DNA of 64,000 bases from an uncultured Nitrospinota bacterium (GTDB taxonomy: Bacteria; Tectomicrobia; Entotheonellia; J063; CAVPRW01). The position numbers and the translations under genes are program-made. Positions 26,904 to 36,406 of the stretch are shown one piece after another. The stretch is taken from positions 1 to 64,000 of the forward strand of contig CAVPRW010000008.1 of the NCBI GenBank assembly GCA_963707985.1, written 5' to 3'. The notes below the pieces were generated by a model. That model saw only the letters and a program-made list of their open reading frames with translations, was not told where the DNA came from and searched no databases. How positions within the stretch are numbered: position 1 is the stretch's first letter; every line of letters starts with the position of its first letter.

Positions 26904-27750
26904 TTAGGGTCCTGTCAAAAAGTTCACGTAGAGGCGGTCATCTGTTCCCCGCACGAAGAGCGCGAGGTCGTCTTCGAGGACGGTGGCCGCAGGGGTTGAA
27001 GGGGTGGCCCCCCCGCCGGGCACGAGGGCCCAACCGGTCCAGTGATTGTTGGTGCGCAGCCAGTTCACGTAGAGGCGGCTATCGGTACCCTGCACGAAGA
27101 GCCCGAGGTTACCATTCAGGACGGTCGCCGCGGGGGCTGAAGGGGTGACGCCCCCCGCCGGGCACGAGGCCCCAGCCGGTCCAGAGATTGTTGGTCAGCA
27201 GCCAGTTCACGTAGAGGCGGCTATCGGTTCCCCGCACGAAGAGCCCGAGGTTACCATTCAGGACGGTCGCCGCCGGGGGCTGACGGGGTGAACGCCACCG
27301 CCGGGCACGAGAGCCCCAACCGGTCCAGTGATCGTTGGTCAGCAGCCAGTTCACGTAGAGGCGGCTATCGGTGCCCCGCACGAAGAGCCCGAGGTTGCCA
27401 TTCAGGACGGTGGCCGCAGGGGCTGAAGGGGTGAACGCCACCGCCGGGCACGAGGCCCCAGCCGGTCCAGTGATTGTTGGTCAGCAGCCAGTTCACGTAG
27501 AGGCGGCTATCGGTGCCCCGCACGAAGAGCCCGAGGTTGCCATTCAGGACGGTGGCCGCCGGGGCTCGAAGGGGTGAACCCACCGCCGGGCACGAGCACC
27601 AACCGGTCCAGTGATTGTTGGGGAGCAGCCAGTTCACGTAGAGGCGGCTATCGGTGCCCCGCACGAAGAGCCCGAGGTTGCCATTCAGGACAGTCGCCGC
27701 AGGGGATGAAGGGGTGGAACCGCCCCGCCGGGCACGAGGGCCCAGTGCCG
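26904..27750 (-). repeat. Six tandem ~141-bp coding repeats (47 aa; PLL/DUF346-like propeller blades)
   Basis: AGTTCACGTAGAGGCGG recurs at 26921, 27062, 27204, 27348, 27490, 27631; unit GGxTPSxPAATVLNGNLGLFVRGTDSRLYVNWLLTNNHWTGWxLVP. Confidence 0.9.
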
Positions 27751-29215
27751 GTGCATTCCTCTCAGAGCATTGAAAGCAGCCTGACATTAATGCGTGGTTT
27801 GGTGATGTTGTTGCGTGCTGTCGGTGATTGGCACTCCTGTGTTTTGGAGAGCTGAGAGGATTTCACCGACCGATGCCGCTGGTTTAGCCTGCCTCAAAAG
27901 CGCAAAGGCCCCGGCGACATGGGGCGCTGCCATCGAGGTCCCGGTGAAGCTGGCTAGTCCATTGCCAGGTACGGACGAAACAATATTCGTCCCTGGCGCC
28001 AGCAGGGATAGGAAGGACGCACTGTTCGAACTGCTGTTCACCACATCGCTCTTCGTCGTGTTGCCAACGCTGATGGCTGAGGAAATGCATGCAGGCTGAC
28101 CCATCGCATTCGTAAATCCGTCGTTTCCGGATGCGACCGCTGACGCGATATTCACCGAACGTAGGTTTTGAATGAAACTGGTAAGTGGGCTTTGAGCATC
28201 GCAAGGGCTGGTGAATCTCTGCCCTCCCAGGCTCATGTTCACTGCCGCAATCTGGAACGTACTGCGTAATTCGAATACCCGTTCGAGCCCCCTGCCGACA
28301 TCGGAAAAAAACGTGAGAGCACAAGGAGTTGAATGACCGCCTGCGCTACACACCGAGGAATTGGTCAACTCGCGAAAAGACCTGGATCGCGATAATGCTG
28401 GCATCTTTAGCGACTCCGTTGAGATCTGGTCTCGTGGTACCGGCTGCATTGCCGGCAGCGATCCCCGCAACATGCGTCCCGTGATCACACCCGTCGATAT
28501 TTGTGGGGCAATTGACACCAGCTCCAGATCCTATCTGTGAGCTTTGTCCATTCGGGCAAACAGATGATACGGGGATACTTGAATCGGTTGTCGAATAGCA
28601 GGCTTCCGAGACGACTTTACCCTGATCGAGAAAAACATGCGTCTTATCGACGCCGGAGTCGATAATGGCTACGGTCCATCCCGTGCCAGTAAACCCCTGC
28701 GCCCAGACGTCATCGGCGTTAATGAGTGGAACGCTTTGCGCCAGGGTGGGAGAGACTATTTCATCCTTATAGATGCGGACGACCGCCTGATTGTTGATCA
28801 ACTCACCCAGCCCGGCGTCATCCACTGTCATCGCCATGAATGGCACGTATTTGAACCGCTTAATGTTGCTAATCTGATGACCTGCCAGGATGGCGAGGAG
28901 CTGATTTTGCTCCTGAGCGATGGCGGCTCTCTGGGACGAGACATCTTGGGCAGAAGAGAGTTCACCCTCTGCGCGAAAAGCTGTTCCCAGCTCGACGATA
29001 ATCTTCACACGTCCCCGTTGCTGCGCTTCCCGGAGTAAGGCTTCTACGGTAGTGTCCTCGGACGCCTGCCCGTGCTCCCTGTCAGCGGCTGGCTCACTGG
29101 GGAGCTCTTGAGCTGCCACCTGAGCCACATCCGTGGGAAAGCCAAGACACAGTATGGCGACCACGATTCCCACTAGCGACACGGTAATTGACCACAAACC
29201 ACGCATGCGTTTCAT
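26904..29215 (-). CDS. Secreted S8 subtilisin-like peptidase with propeptide and C-terminal repeat beta-propeller; frameshifted
   Basis: Signal-like N-terminus; catalytic motifs VAIIDSG, HGTHVAGIAAG, ASGNDG, GTSMAAPHVAG; repeats follow downstream. Confidence 0.88.
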
Positions 29216-29345
29216 GATGGTCGTCCCCCGATTGCCCACAACAACAATGCCGAATTGCTGGATCCCCTGAAAGCGCACCACGTGTCATAGCAGATTCCAA
29301 TTCGTGCTTCCCCGTATGAGAACTAATGCTCTCCTGGGCAGCGGC

Positions 29346-29867
29346 TCATCGACTTGGAGCTACCGGCGCGTCCTCCCAGATGCCCATCACATCAGGATTT
29401 GAGCGCAGATCCTGTAGACCCGTTGTATTCACCTGCATGGCAAGCTGTGGCACAAATGTGAACTGCTTGACGTCGCTAACCCCTAAGGCTGCCATTCGGC
29501 TGAGAAGTCTCGCTTGCAGGTGAGCAATCGCCTGTCGCTGTGCTGCCGCTGCCTGCTCATTAGGCAAGTCGCCTTCTGGTTTCCAATCGTTGAGCTTTAG
29601 GCGAACGATGACGCGCACGCTGCCATGGGCCTTTGCCTTTGCCAGCAGCTCTTCGTAGCCATGCTGATCATTCCCCTCTTGGTGCGTTGGTTCATATGCG
29701 CCCCCCATAGGACTATCTCCTTGGAGTACCAATTGCCATGCCTGATGATTGAAGCCAGCCTGGGGCTGCCCGGAGCTAGCACTAGAGAGAGATAACAGCA
29801 ATATCAGGCTAAGCAGCCACCGAGCAGATTTGTTGAGGGAGCAAGCCATAAGAGTTCCGGAAGGCAT
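29346..29867 (-). CDS. Secreted stand-alone subtilase propeptide (inhibitor I9-like) protein
   Basis: Signal-like WLLSLILLLSLSSA; aligns by eye to the pro-domain of the adjacent S8 peptidase. Confidence 0.7.
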   Translation of the reverse strand: MPSGTLMACSLNKSARWLLSLILLLSLSSASSGQPQAGFNHQAWQLVLQGDSPMGGAYEPTHQEGNDQHGYEELLAKAKAHGSVRVIVRLKLNDWKPEGDLPNEQAAAAQRQAIAHLQARLLSRMAALGVSDVKQFTFVPQLAMQVNTTGLQDLRSNPDVMGIWEDAPVAPSR

Positions 29868-30134
29868 GGCAACCTTCTCTTCGTCAAGGCAACTCAGCAC
29901 TGCTAGGAGAGAACGTGCATCTGACCGAACTCTTGGACACTGACTTGGATGCCTTCGTGTATCTGTTCGCTTATGGTTCGCTGAAATTTTGAGGAGTTTC
30001 GAACAATGCGGTAAAGTCTCTAGCTCTTGCCAGCCGACAGCCGCTATGAGCTAACAGCAAACACTCCTATTGACGGCGCCAGCGGCTATCCTCCACATAC
30101 ATAGATGTAAGGGCAAGATTTGCGCACATCAGCC

Positions 30135-30512
30135 TCAGAAAATCACTTCGATACCATACCGCGAGAATAGCGGATCAGTGGTGACCACTGGAACGTGGTA
30201 CATTTGGGCGGCGGCGATAATCATCCGGTCACATGGATCGGCGTGAATCGCAGGCAATTCGGTCGCACGGATACAGACTTCTAGACCCAGCGGCAGCACC
30301 TCGATGTCGTGGTGTTCGAGGACCGCGGCAAACCAATCCGCAGGCCGGGCCGGCAGTTCCAGTTTGCCCTTTTGGACTTTGATGCCAATTTCAAAGCCGC
30401 TGATTGCGGAGACGTATACCACAGGGGCAGCTTCAATACCCTGTAACGCCACCTCGGACAGCTCGCCCCCGCCCTGGGCCAACCAGAGCAATGCGCAGGT
30501 ATCCAGCATCAC
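30135..30512 (-). CDS. vapC: VapC-family PIN toxin
   Basis: MLDTCALLW, SAISGFEI, HADPCDRMIIA. Confidence 0.92.
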   Translation of the reverse strand: MMLDTCALLWLAQGGGELSEVALQGIEAAPVVYVSAISGFEIGIKVQKGKLELPARPADWFAAVLEHHDIEVLPLGLEVCIRATELPAIHADPCDRMIIAAAQMYHVPVVTTDPLFSRYGIEVIF

Positions 30513-30742
30513 CGGCTACTCTCCGGCCACTCGTCCTCGGCCAGCGGCTCAATTGGATCGTAGTTGATGCGGATCTGACGCATGACTGGATGGGGTTCCA
30601 GACGGCTACGCTTGCGGTGCGGTACCAAGTCAGCTACTGGCTTGCCATGGCGACAGATCAGAACTTTCTCGCCCGTTTCCTCCAGCTCGGCTAGCAGAGC
30701 CGAGAGCTTTGTCTTCGCCTCATGGATGTTGACGATTTTCAT
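30509..30742 (-). CDS. Phd/YefM-family antitoxin
   Basis: MKIVNIHEAKTKLSALL..GEKVLICRHGKPVADL; overlaps the toxin start. Confidence 0.92.
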   Translation of the reverse strand: MKIVNIHEAKTKLSALLAELEETGEKVLICRHGKPVADLVPHRKRSRLEPHPVMRQIRINYDPIEPLAEDEWPESSR

Positions 30743-30834
30743 ACACTCCTCCTTCTGACCATTCAAACTTAGGTCATATAGTCCATTTCTGCAAGCTCGA
30801 ATGATTGTGCTCCGCAAAAATAGTACGATCATCG

Positions 30835-31040
30835 TCACGCCGCTTTCACTTCCAGCCAGTATTCATGGGGTAAGACGCCGAGGATGGTCCGAGCCACCAG
30901 ACGTAGAGATGCTGCCAGCCGATGCCGGCGTGCTCGCAAAGCAACCGTCAATAATACAGGCGTCTGCGGAATAGCTGAACCTAAGGTCATATGCGGGTGG
31001 CCCACATGGTCATGCTGCACCCATGCGTGCAGAACGCAGG
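30835..31040 (-). pseudogene. 3' remnant of an rve integrase-core transposase
   Basis: HPHMTLG...ILGVLPHEYWLEVKAA resembles the RPHxSLG...LGGLHHEY terminus. Confidence 0.55.
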
Positions 31041-31115
31041 TGGTTCGAGGTGGTTCCTGCCTATCGTCGCGGTAAGGAAACACGATGTCCAGCACAGTGA
31101 TGAGTGAATCTTTGC

Positions 31116-31261
31116 AGTAACCGTTCACGGGGTCCTAACTTATTGATTTATTAGGGTCTGAATAAGCCGAAATGCAGAATTTTTCGGATTTTTCCCGCAT
31201 GTTGTAGGCTAACGTATGGACTTAACACCACTAATTCTGGGTACCCCCGTGAACGGTTACT
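31116..31261. mobile_element. MITE-like 146-bp element with 17-bp terminal inverted repeats
   Basis: AGTAACCGTTCACGGGG (31116-31132) / CCCCGTGAACGGTTACT (31245-31261); AT-rich non-coding interior. Confidence 0.65.
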
Positions 31262-31272
31262 AAGCCTCTAAA

Positions 31273-32326
31273 GGAGTGTGTCCCACTGACCCACCCTGTG
31301 AAACGTGACAAGGCGAGTGACATCGGGAAAATTTTCTCTTGAGACGAGCTGTGTCGAGGAGGAAAACCTGATGGCACTGGAATGCCTGGTTCCCGTTTCA
31401 ACGGAGGTCATTGAACAAAACCCCGCATGTGTCACCGGTGGAGAGTGCCGGGACGGAATCTTGCTGGTCTACTTGGATGCGTTGCGACAGGATCATGGGG
31501 AGAGGCTCTCGTGGCCCAAAGAGACCTTCATTCACTGGGGACCAACCTACACCCTAGACGAGGTCGATGCCGAGAAAGAAGTGCAGGTCAAGCCTTTCCT
31601 GACGCGGTTGAAGCGGCTGGGACTCCAGATCCAGACCTGCTCTATCGATCACCGCCAGGCCCTGCGACATGCGATCCAAGCGGTTGACCCGCAGGCCCGT
31701 ATCCAGTATGACGACTTCCCCATCATCCAACACATCTGGAAGAAGCTGTGGAGCGACGTCCGGGCTCACCGCAAGGAGGTCGAAGCGCGCAGCCAAGGGG
31801 TCCGCACGGCATGGGACCGAGACCAGCGGGAGGCCTTGGCCAAGACGCTCTGGGAGAAGCGCTCTCGGCTGTTCAAGTCCGACGAGCGCATGAGCCCTGA
31901 GGAGAAGCAGCCGTTGGTCGAGATCATGGAAGCCGACCCAAAGGTGGGGCAGCTGCGGACCTTTTTGAAAGGCGTCTGGCACCTCGTCCGCGATAGCCGG
32001 GACGCACAAGAAGCCCGGGATGCCCTGGAGGCCCTCAAGCAGCTGAAGCTCGAGCCCAAAGCTCGGGAGGATACCGGGAAGGTCTTCTCCTTCCTGGATG
32101 AGCACTTCGATCTGATGATCACGTACCTGACGCATCGCGATGTTCACCGTCACTCCTTGGCCGAGTCCGGAATGAGAGTCTTGCGGCGCCTGGAGGTTGA
32201 GCACGATGGCGTTCGTACTCCCAAGGGCCGGGAAAACTGCTTAAAGATTTATCAGGCCGTCAAATACCTGGGTTGGTCTGTCCATCACCCCAACCTCACC
32301 CTGGTTGGATAAGTGGGACACACTCC
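31273..32326 (+). mobile_element. Internally deleted IS with ISL3-like transposase remnant (31305-32312)
   Basis: Perfect IRs GGAGTGTGTCCCACT / AGTGGGACACACTCC; TCTAAA direct repeat at 31267-31272 and 32327-32332; D..AIxAVxPxAxIQxDxF and LAES motifs. Confidence 0.8.
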
Positions 32327-32453
32327 TCTAAAGCCTCAAGCCTCAATTAGTTGAGAATGCCTCCCTGATACCTGCTGCCCTAGTACAGCCGACCGAACTG
32401 AGATATCATTGATATCAGTTGTAAAGGGGTTCCTTGCGTAGGAGGGGCACGAC

Positions 32454-32687
32454 GTGGCACAACTCATCGTCCGGAATGTTGACCCAGAGGTCGTCCACCG
32501 GCTCAAGCTGCGCGCTGCACAACATGGGCGTTCGATGGAAGCAGAGCATCGGGAGATACTCCGCCAGGCCTTGCTGACCACTGAGCCTGGCATCTCCCTG
32601 AAATCCTTGCTCCTCGCCATGCCTCCGGTAGGCGATGACGACGATTTTGGCCGGCTGCCGGATCACGGGCGTGAGGTCGAGCTGTGA
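32454..32687 (+). CDS. FitA-like ribbon-helix-helix antitoxin
   Basis: MAQLIVRNVDPEVVHRLKLRAAQHGRSMEAEHREIL. Confidence 0.9.
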   Translation: MAQLIVRNVDPEVVHRLKLRAAQHGRSMEAEHREILRQALLTTEPGISLKSLLLAMPPVGDDDDFGRLPDHGREVEL

Positions 32688-33099
32688 GCTACCTCCTCGA
32701 TACGAATGTCCTCTCGGACTGCGGAAAGGCCCGCGCGGCAATCCGCACGTGGTAGCCTGGTTTGCGCCTGTCCCTGATCACGCCATCTATCTGAGCGTGC
32801 TGGTGATCGGCGAGATTCGGCGGGGCATCGAGCGCATCGCAGCCGAGATCCCCGCGCGGCCACCACGCTCGAGGACTGGCTTGCTCAGGTGATCACAGGA
32901 CACCGCGGCCGCATCTTAGCGGTGGACCACACCGTGGCGGAGGAATGGGGGCGCATGACAGCCAGCAGGCCGTTCGACCGTCGATAGTTTGTTAGCCGCA
33001 ACGGCCAAGGTGCATGGCCTCACATTGGTCACGCGCAACGTCATCGACATCGAGGCCACGGGCGTCGCCTATCTCAACCCATTTGAACCTTCCCCCTGA
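32684..33099 (+). CDS. FitB/VapC PIN toxin; frameshifted
   Basis: GTG start overlapping the antitoxin stop; SYLLDTNV, SVLVIGEIRRGI, DSLLAATAKVHGLTLVTRN, LNPF. Confidence 0.85.
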
Positions 33100-33190
33100 G
33101 TCGTCGATCCAGCTTACACAGACGTTTTTGGAGGGATAGAGAAACCCTGCTACCTGATCGCCCGATAAACGGCTCTCGTACTCTATCACG

Positions 33191-33458
33191 CTAGAAGAGA
33201 TGGATAGGGTGGTTTGACTTGTTTGCGTGCGTCAGCGATGGAAAATCGCCACCCAATGATCGCCTCCTCAGGGATACAGCGATCAAGGCATTGTTGATGG
33301 AGGCAGGCGCGATGGCTGGTTTATGCTTCACCGAGGTCCGCACACACGCCACGGAGGTACTCGACTTGACCAGTCTCACCGTGGAGGAGTTTCAACAGTT
33401 AGCCCCCCCTTTTTGAGGTGCCCTTCCAGGCGCATATGGCTCAGTGGCGCTTCGAATG
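33191..33458 (+). pseudogene. 5' remnant of an IS5/ISL2-like transposase
   Basis: MAGLCFTEV..VLDLTSLTVEEFQQLAPPF..FQAHMAQWR; abuts and truncates the PIN gene. Confidence 0.55.
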
Positions 33459-33681
33459 GGTAGACGAGACAATTGACGGCGCTGGCTATGTGAGCCAGCG
33501 CATGAGGCAGGTCGATAGCGATTCGGTGTCGAGCATAGAGGAACGTAATTTGTGCCAGCACGATAATGGGGACCACCACTGGCGCGGCCGTATCACTGAG
33601 AGCATTCCGCGCGGCTGTGCCCAATCGGAAGCTGCCTTCCAGAAACCACATGAGGGCATGTGTGTCCACGCCATACGTCAT
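33450..33681 (-). pseudogene. PIN/VapC toxin, 3' truncated
   Basis: MTYGVDTHALMWFLEGSFRLG..VPIIVLA; C-terminal acidic motifs replaced by IS sequence. Confidence 0.75.
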
Positions 33682-33783
33682 TCAAGCACTACCTTTCCTG
33701 ATGACCCTCCCACTCAAACCGATAATGCATGGCGCCAATCTCCTCTGCGCTCGAAGCCGCCTTCCCCTCAAGGATGCCATAAA

Positions 33784-35390
33784 CTCACGGTTCGCTCAAA
33801 TTTCGAACGGTTTCGAACATTGTGGTAAGCTCTCGGCATGACCGAGAAACTTACCATCATCAGTGAACGCGTCGATGACATCCCGCTGTTGCTCGCCCAG
33901 CTGGAACGGATGGGCGTGCAGCCTCTGCTGGACGAGCACTTCCCCACCCACGGGAACTGGGTGGGTCTCAGTCTGGGCTGGGTGACCGTGATCTGGTTGA
34001 CCCCTATCCTGGTCGGAAGCGAACCATCGGCTGAACCATGGGGAACCCTGGGCAGAGCAGCGGCTCCACACGCTGCGCGGCTGCACCGGGCAGCTGGCCC
34101 ACTCCTTGGACCTGGGCGACGACCGGCTGGCCGGGGTCCTGGAGGCCTTGAGTGACGATGCGGGCTGGGCCACGTTTGAAGGGGCCTTGAACCAGCAGTT
34201 GCTGCGGGTGTATGACCTGCAACCGGCGTGTGTGCGCCTGGACAGCACCACGGCCAGTGGTCATTGGACGGTGACCGAAGACGGGTTGTTCCAGTTCGGG
34301 CACAGTAAGGATCATCGCCCCGACCTGCCGCAAGTGAACGTGATGCGGTCGGTCCTGGATCCTCTGGGCCTGCCGGTGGCCACGGACGTCGTGCCCGGGC
34401 AACGGGCCGATGACCCCTGGTACGTGCCCGCCATCACCCGGGTGCGCGAGAGTCTGGGCCGACGGGGGTTGCTGTCTGTCGGGGACTGCACAGATGGGGG
34501 CGGTGGAGACTCGGGCTTTCATCCAAGCCGGCGGCGATGCCTACCTGTGTCCGTTGTCGGAGATCCACATACCGCTGGAGGTGTTGGAGGGCTACTTGGC
34601 CCCTGTCTGGCTTGGGCAACAACCGTTGACCCGCATCACGCGTGTGGCCGCCAGTGGCACACGGGCGTGCATGGCCGACGGCGACGAACGGCTGGAACCC
34701 GTGACCGCCGTGGTGGCTGGGAAGGCCGTGCGCTGGAGGGAGCGGCGGCTGGTGGTGCGCGTCGCGGCAGCTGGCTCGTGCGGGGGAAGCGGGACTGCGG
34801 GCGCGGCTGGTGAAGGCGCAGGCCGCGGTGACCGCGCTCAATGACCGCGGGCGGGGCAAGCGACGGTTTCTGGAGCGGCCCGCCTTGGAGGAGGCGGTGG
34901 AGGCGATCTTGACGCGGTATCGGGTCCCGGGCCTGCTGGCCGTGCGCTCTACCACACACGTGCAGGAGCGCCCGCTGCGGCGCTATGGCCGCCGGCCGGC
35001 CACGGTCGGTGTGGAGCGCGATGTTGGCGTGACCGCCATCGTCGACCGCGGCGCCGTGGCCGCCGCCGTCCGGCGGCTGGGGTGGCGAGTGTATGCCACC
35101 AATGCGTCGCCCGCCCAGCTCTCCCTGGCCCAAGCGGTGCGGGCCTACCGCAGTGAGTATCTCGTGGAGCGGGTCATGGGCCGGCTGAAAGGACGCCCGT
35201 TGTCGCTGACCCCGATGTATCTGGAACGGGACGATCATGCCACCGGCTTGATCCGGCTGCTGTCGGTGGGGTTGCGGGTGCTGACGCGGCTGGAGTTGGC
35301 GGTCCGCCAGCGCCTGGCCGCCGACCGGCCGGTACTGGCGGGGCTGTATGCCGGCAACCCCAAGCGGGCGAGCGCCCGCCCCACAACCGA
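33784..35390 (+). mobile_element. IS1634-family copy A, 3' truncated and decayed
   Basis: Left IR CTCACGGTTCGCTCA; ERVDDIPLLL, RLDSTT, GHSKDHRPDLPQ, VERxMGRLKG; breaks off at RPTT. Confidence 0.85.
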
Positions 35391-35468
35391 TTACAAAAAC
35401 CCGAGAAACTCTGCAACCGTCATTCCTGCTTGCTCGATAATCGATTCCAGAGTTCGGCGTTTCAGATC
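35391..35468 (-). pseudogene. HicA toxin C-terminal remnant
   Basis: Hand translation DLKRRTLESIIEQAGMTVAEFLGFL*. Confidence 0.6.
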
Positions 35469-35472
35469 GTTA

Positions 35473-35898
35473 TTATTGGCGAGTGATATGCTCGGCAACA
35501 ATCCGGGCAAACTCGGCCGGGCTCACAATCGTGGTGCCTTCGAATGTCGGAGCAGGGAAGTGGCGTTTGTTGCCGGTCACGAGATAGTCTGCTCGGGCTT
35601 TCTGGGCGCATTCGAGGAATCGGTTATCGGGCTCATCGGACGCGGTGGTGACCCTCTGCGTGGGGCGGACCATGGTCGTCGCTCGCACCAGATCTCGCAG
35701 AAAGCGATCGATGGCCGCGGGATCGAATGTGAATTTTGGGCGTTTGAGGACTTCGGTATATTCTTCGAGGATCGCGGGCGACAGAAAAAGCCTCACCTGC
35801 TTGCCCATCGCCAAGCCTACCAGTGAGGCCGGAATACTGCCGGGTTTGAGCGCGGCAGACACCAGGATATTCGTGTCATAGACGACCTTCAGGGTCAT
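35473..35898 (-). CDS. PIN-domain toxin (PIN_3 type)
   Basis: VVYDTNILVSA, EYTEVLKRPKF, DEPDNRFLECA, LVTGNKRHF. Confidence 0.92.
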   Translation of the reverse strand: MTLKVVYDTNILVSAALKPGSIPASLVGLAMGKQVRLFLSPAILEEYTEVLKRPKFTFDPAAIDRFLRDLVRATTMVRPTQRVTTASDEPDNRFLECAQKARADYLVTGNKRHFPAPTFEGTTIVSPAEFARIVAEHITRQ

Positions 35899-36200
35899 GC
35901 GTTGGAACGCGGCTTTGCCTGACGTACCGCCGCGATCTCGGCCTCGATCTCCTCAAGGGTGAGCTTCTCAGCGCCGCTTTTGTGGGCCTGCTTCTGGAGT
36001 GCGGCCAGGGACTGCGGGGTTTTGACGATCGCCTGGAGAAAGTCCTCAATGCCGAGGATGACGGCTTTCGCTTCGCCCTTCTTGGTCACCAAAAAGCGCT
36101 CGCGGTTCTGCGAGACTCGGTCCATGATTTGCCCGAACTGGGTCCGGGCGATAACGGCAGGGATGCTCTTGGTCACAAGTGGGGTGCTCTTCTTTGGCAC
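35895..36200 (-). CDS. Phd/YefM-like antitoxin
   Basis: ARTQFGQIMDRV..ERFLVTKKGEAKAVIL; ATGA overlap with the toxin. Confidence 0.85.
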   Translation of the reverse strand: MPKKSTPLVTKSIPAVIARTQFGQIMDRVSQNRERFLVTKKGEAKAVILGIEDFLQAIVKTPQSLAALQKQAHKSGAEKLTLEEIEAEIAAVRQAKPRSNA

Positions 36201-36406
36201 AGCCGTCCCTCCACAGACGGGCGAAAGACAGAGGTAATTAATTGATTAATTGTATTATACGGCAGGCAGGACAGCTGTCAAGGAGGAGAACAGCGTGGGA
36301 GAGGAAGCTACCGCCGGGGCGATTGCGTACGACGTTCGTTCGCCCTCATCCGCCAGCTCTTGGGAAAATCCTCCGGGACGGCTTGAGCGATGAGGTGGCG
36401 GATGAT

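Noticed and set aside
26904..27750. Regular repeats as a CRISPR array
   Set aside because: The whole 141-bp unit repeats with no unique spacers, it is a multiple of 3 encoding propeller blades, and no cas genes are present.
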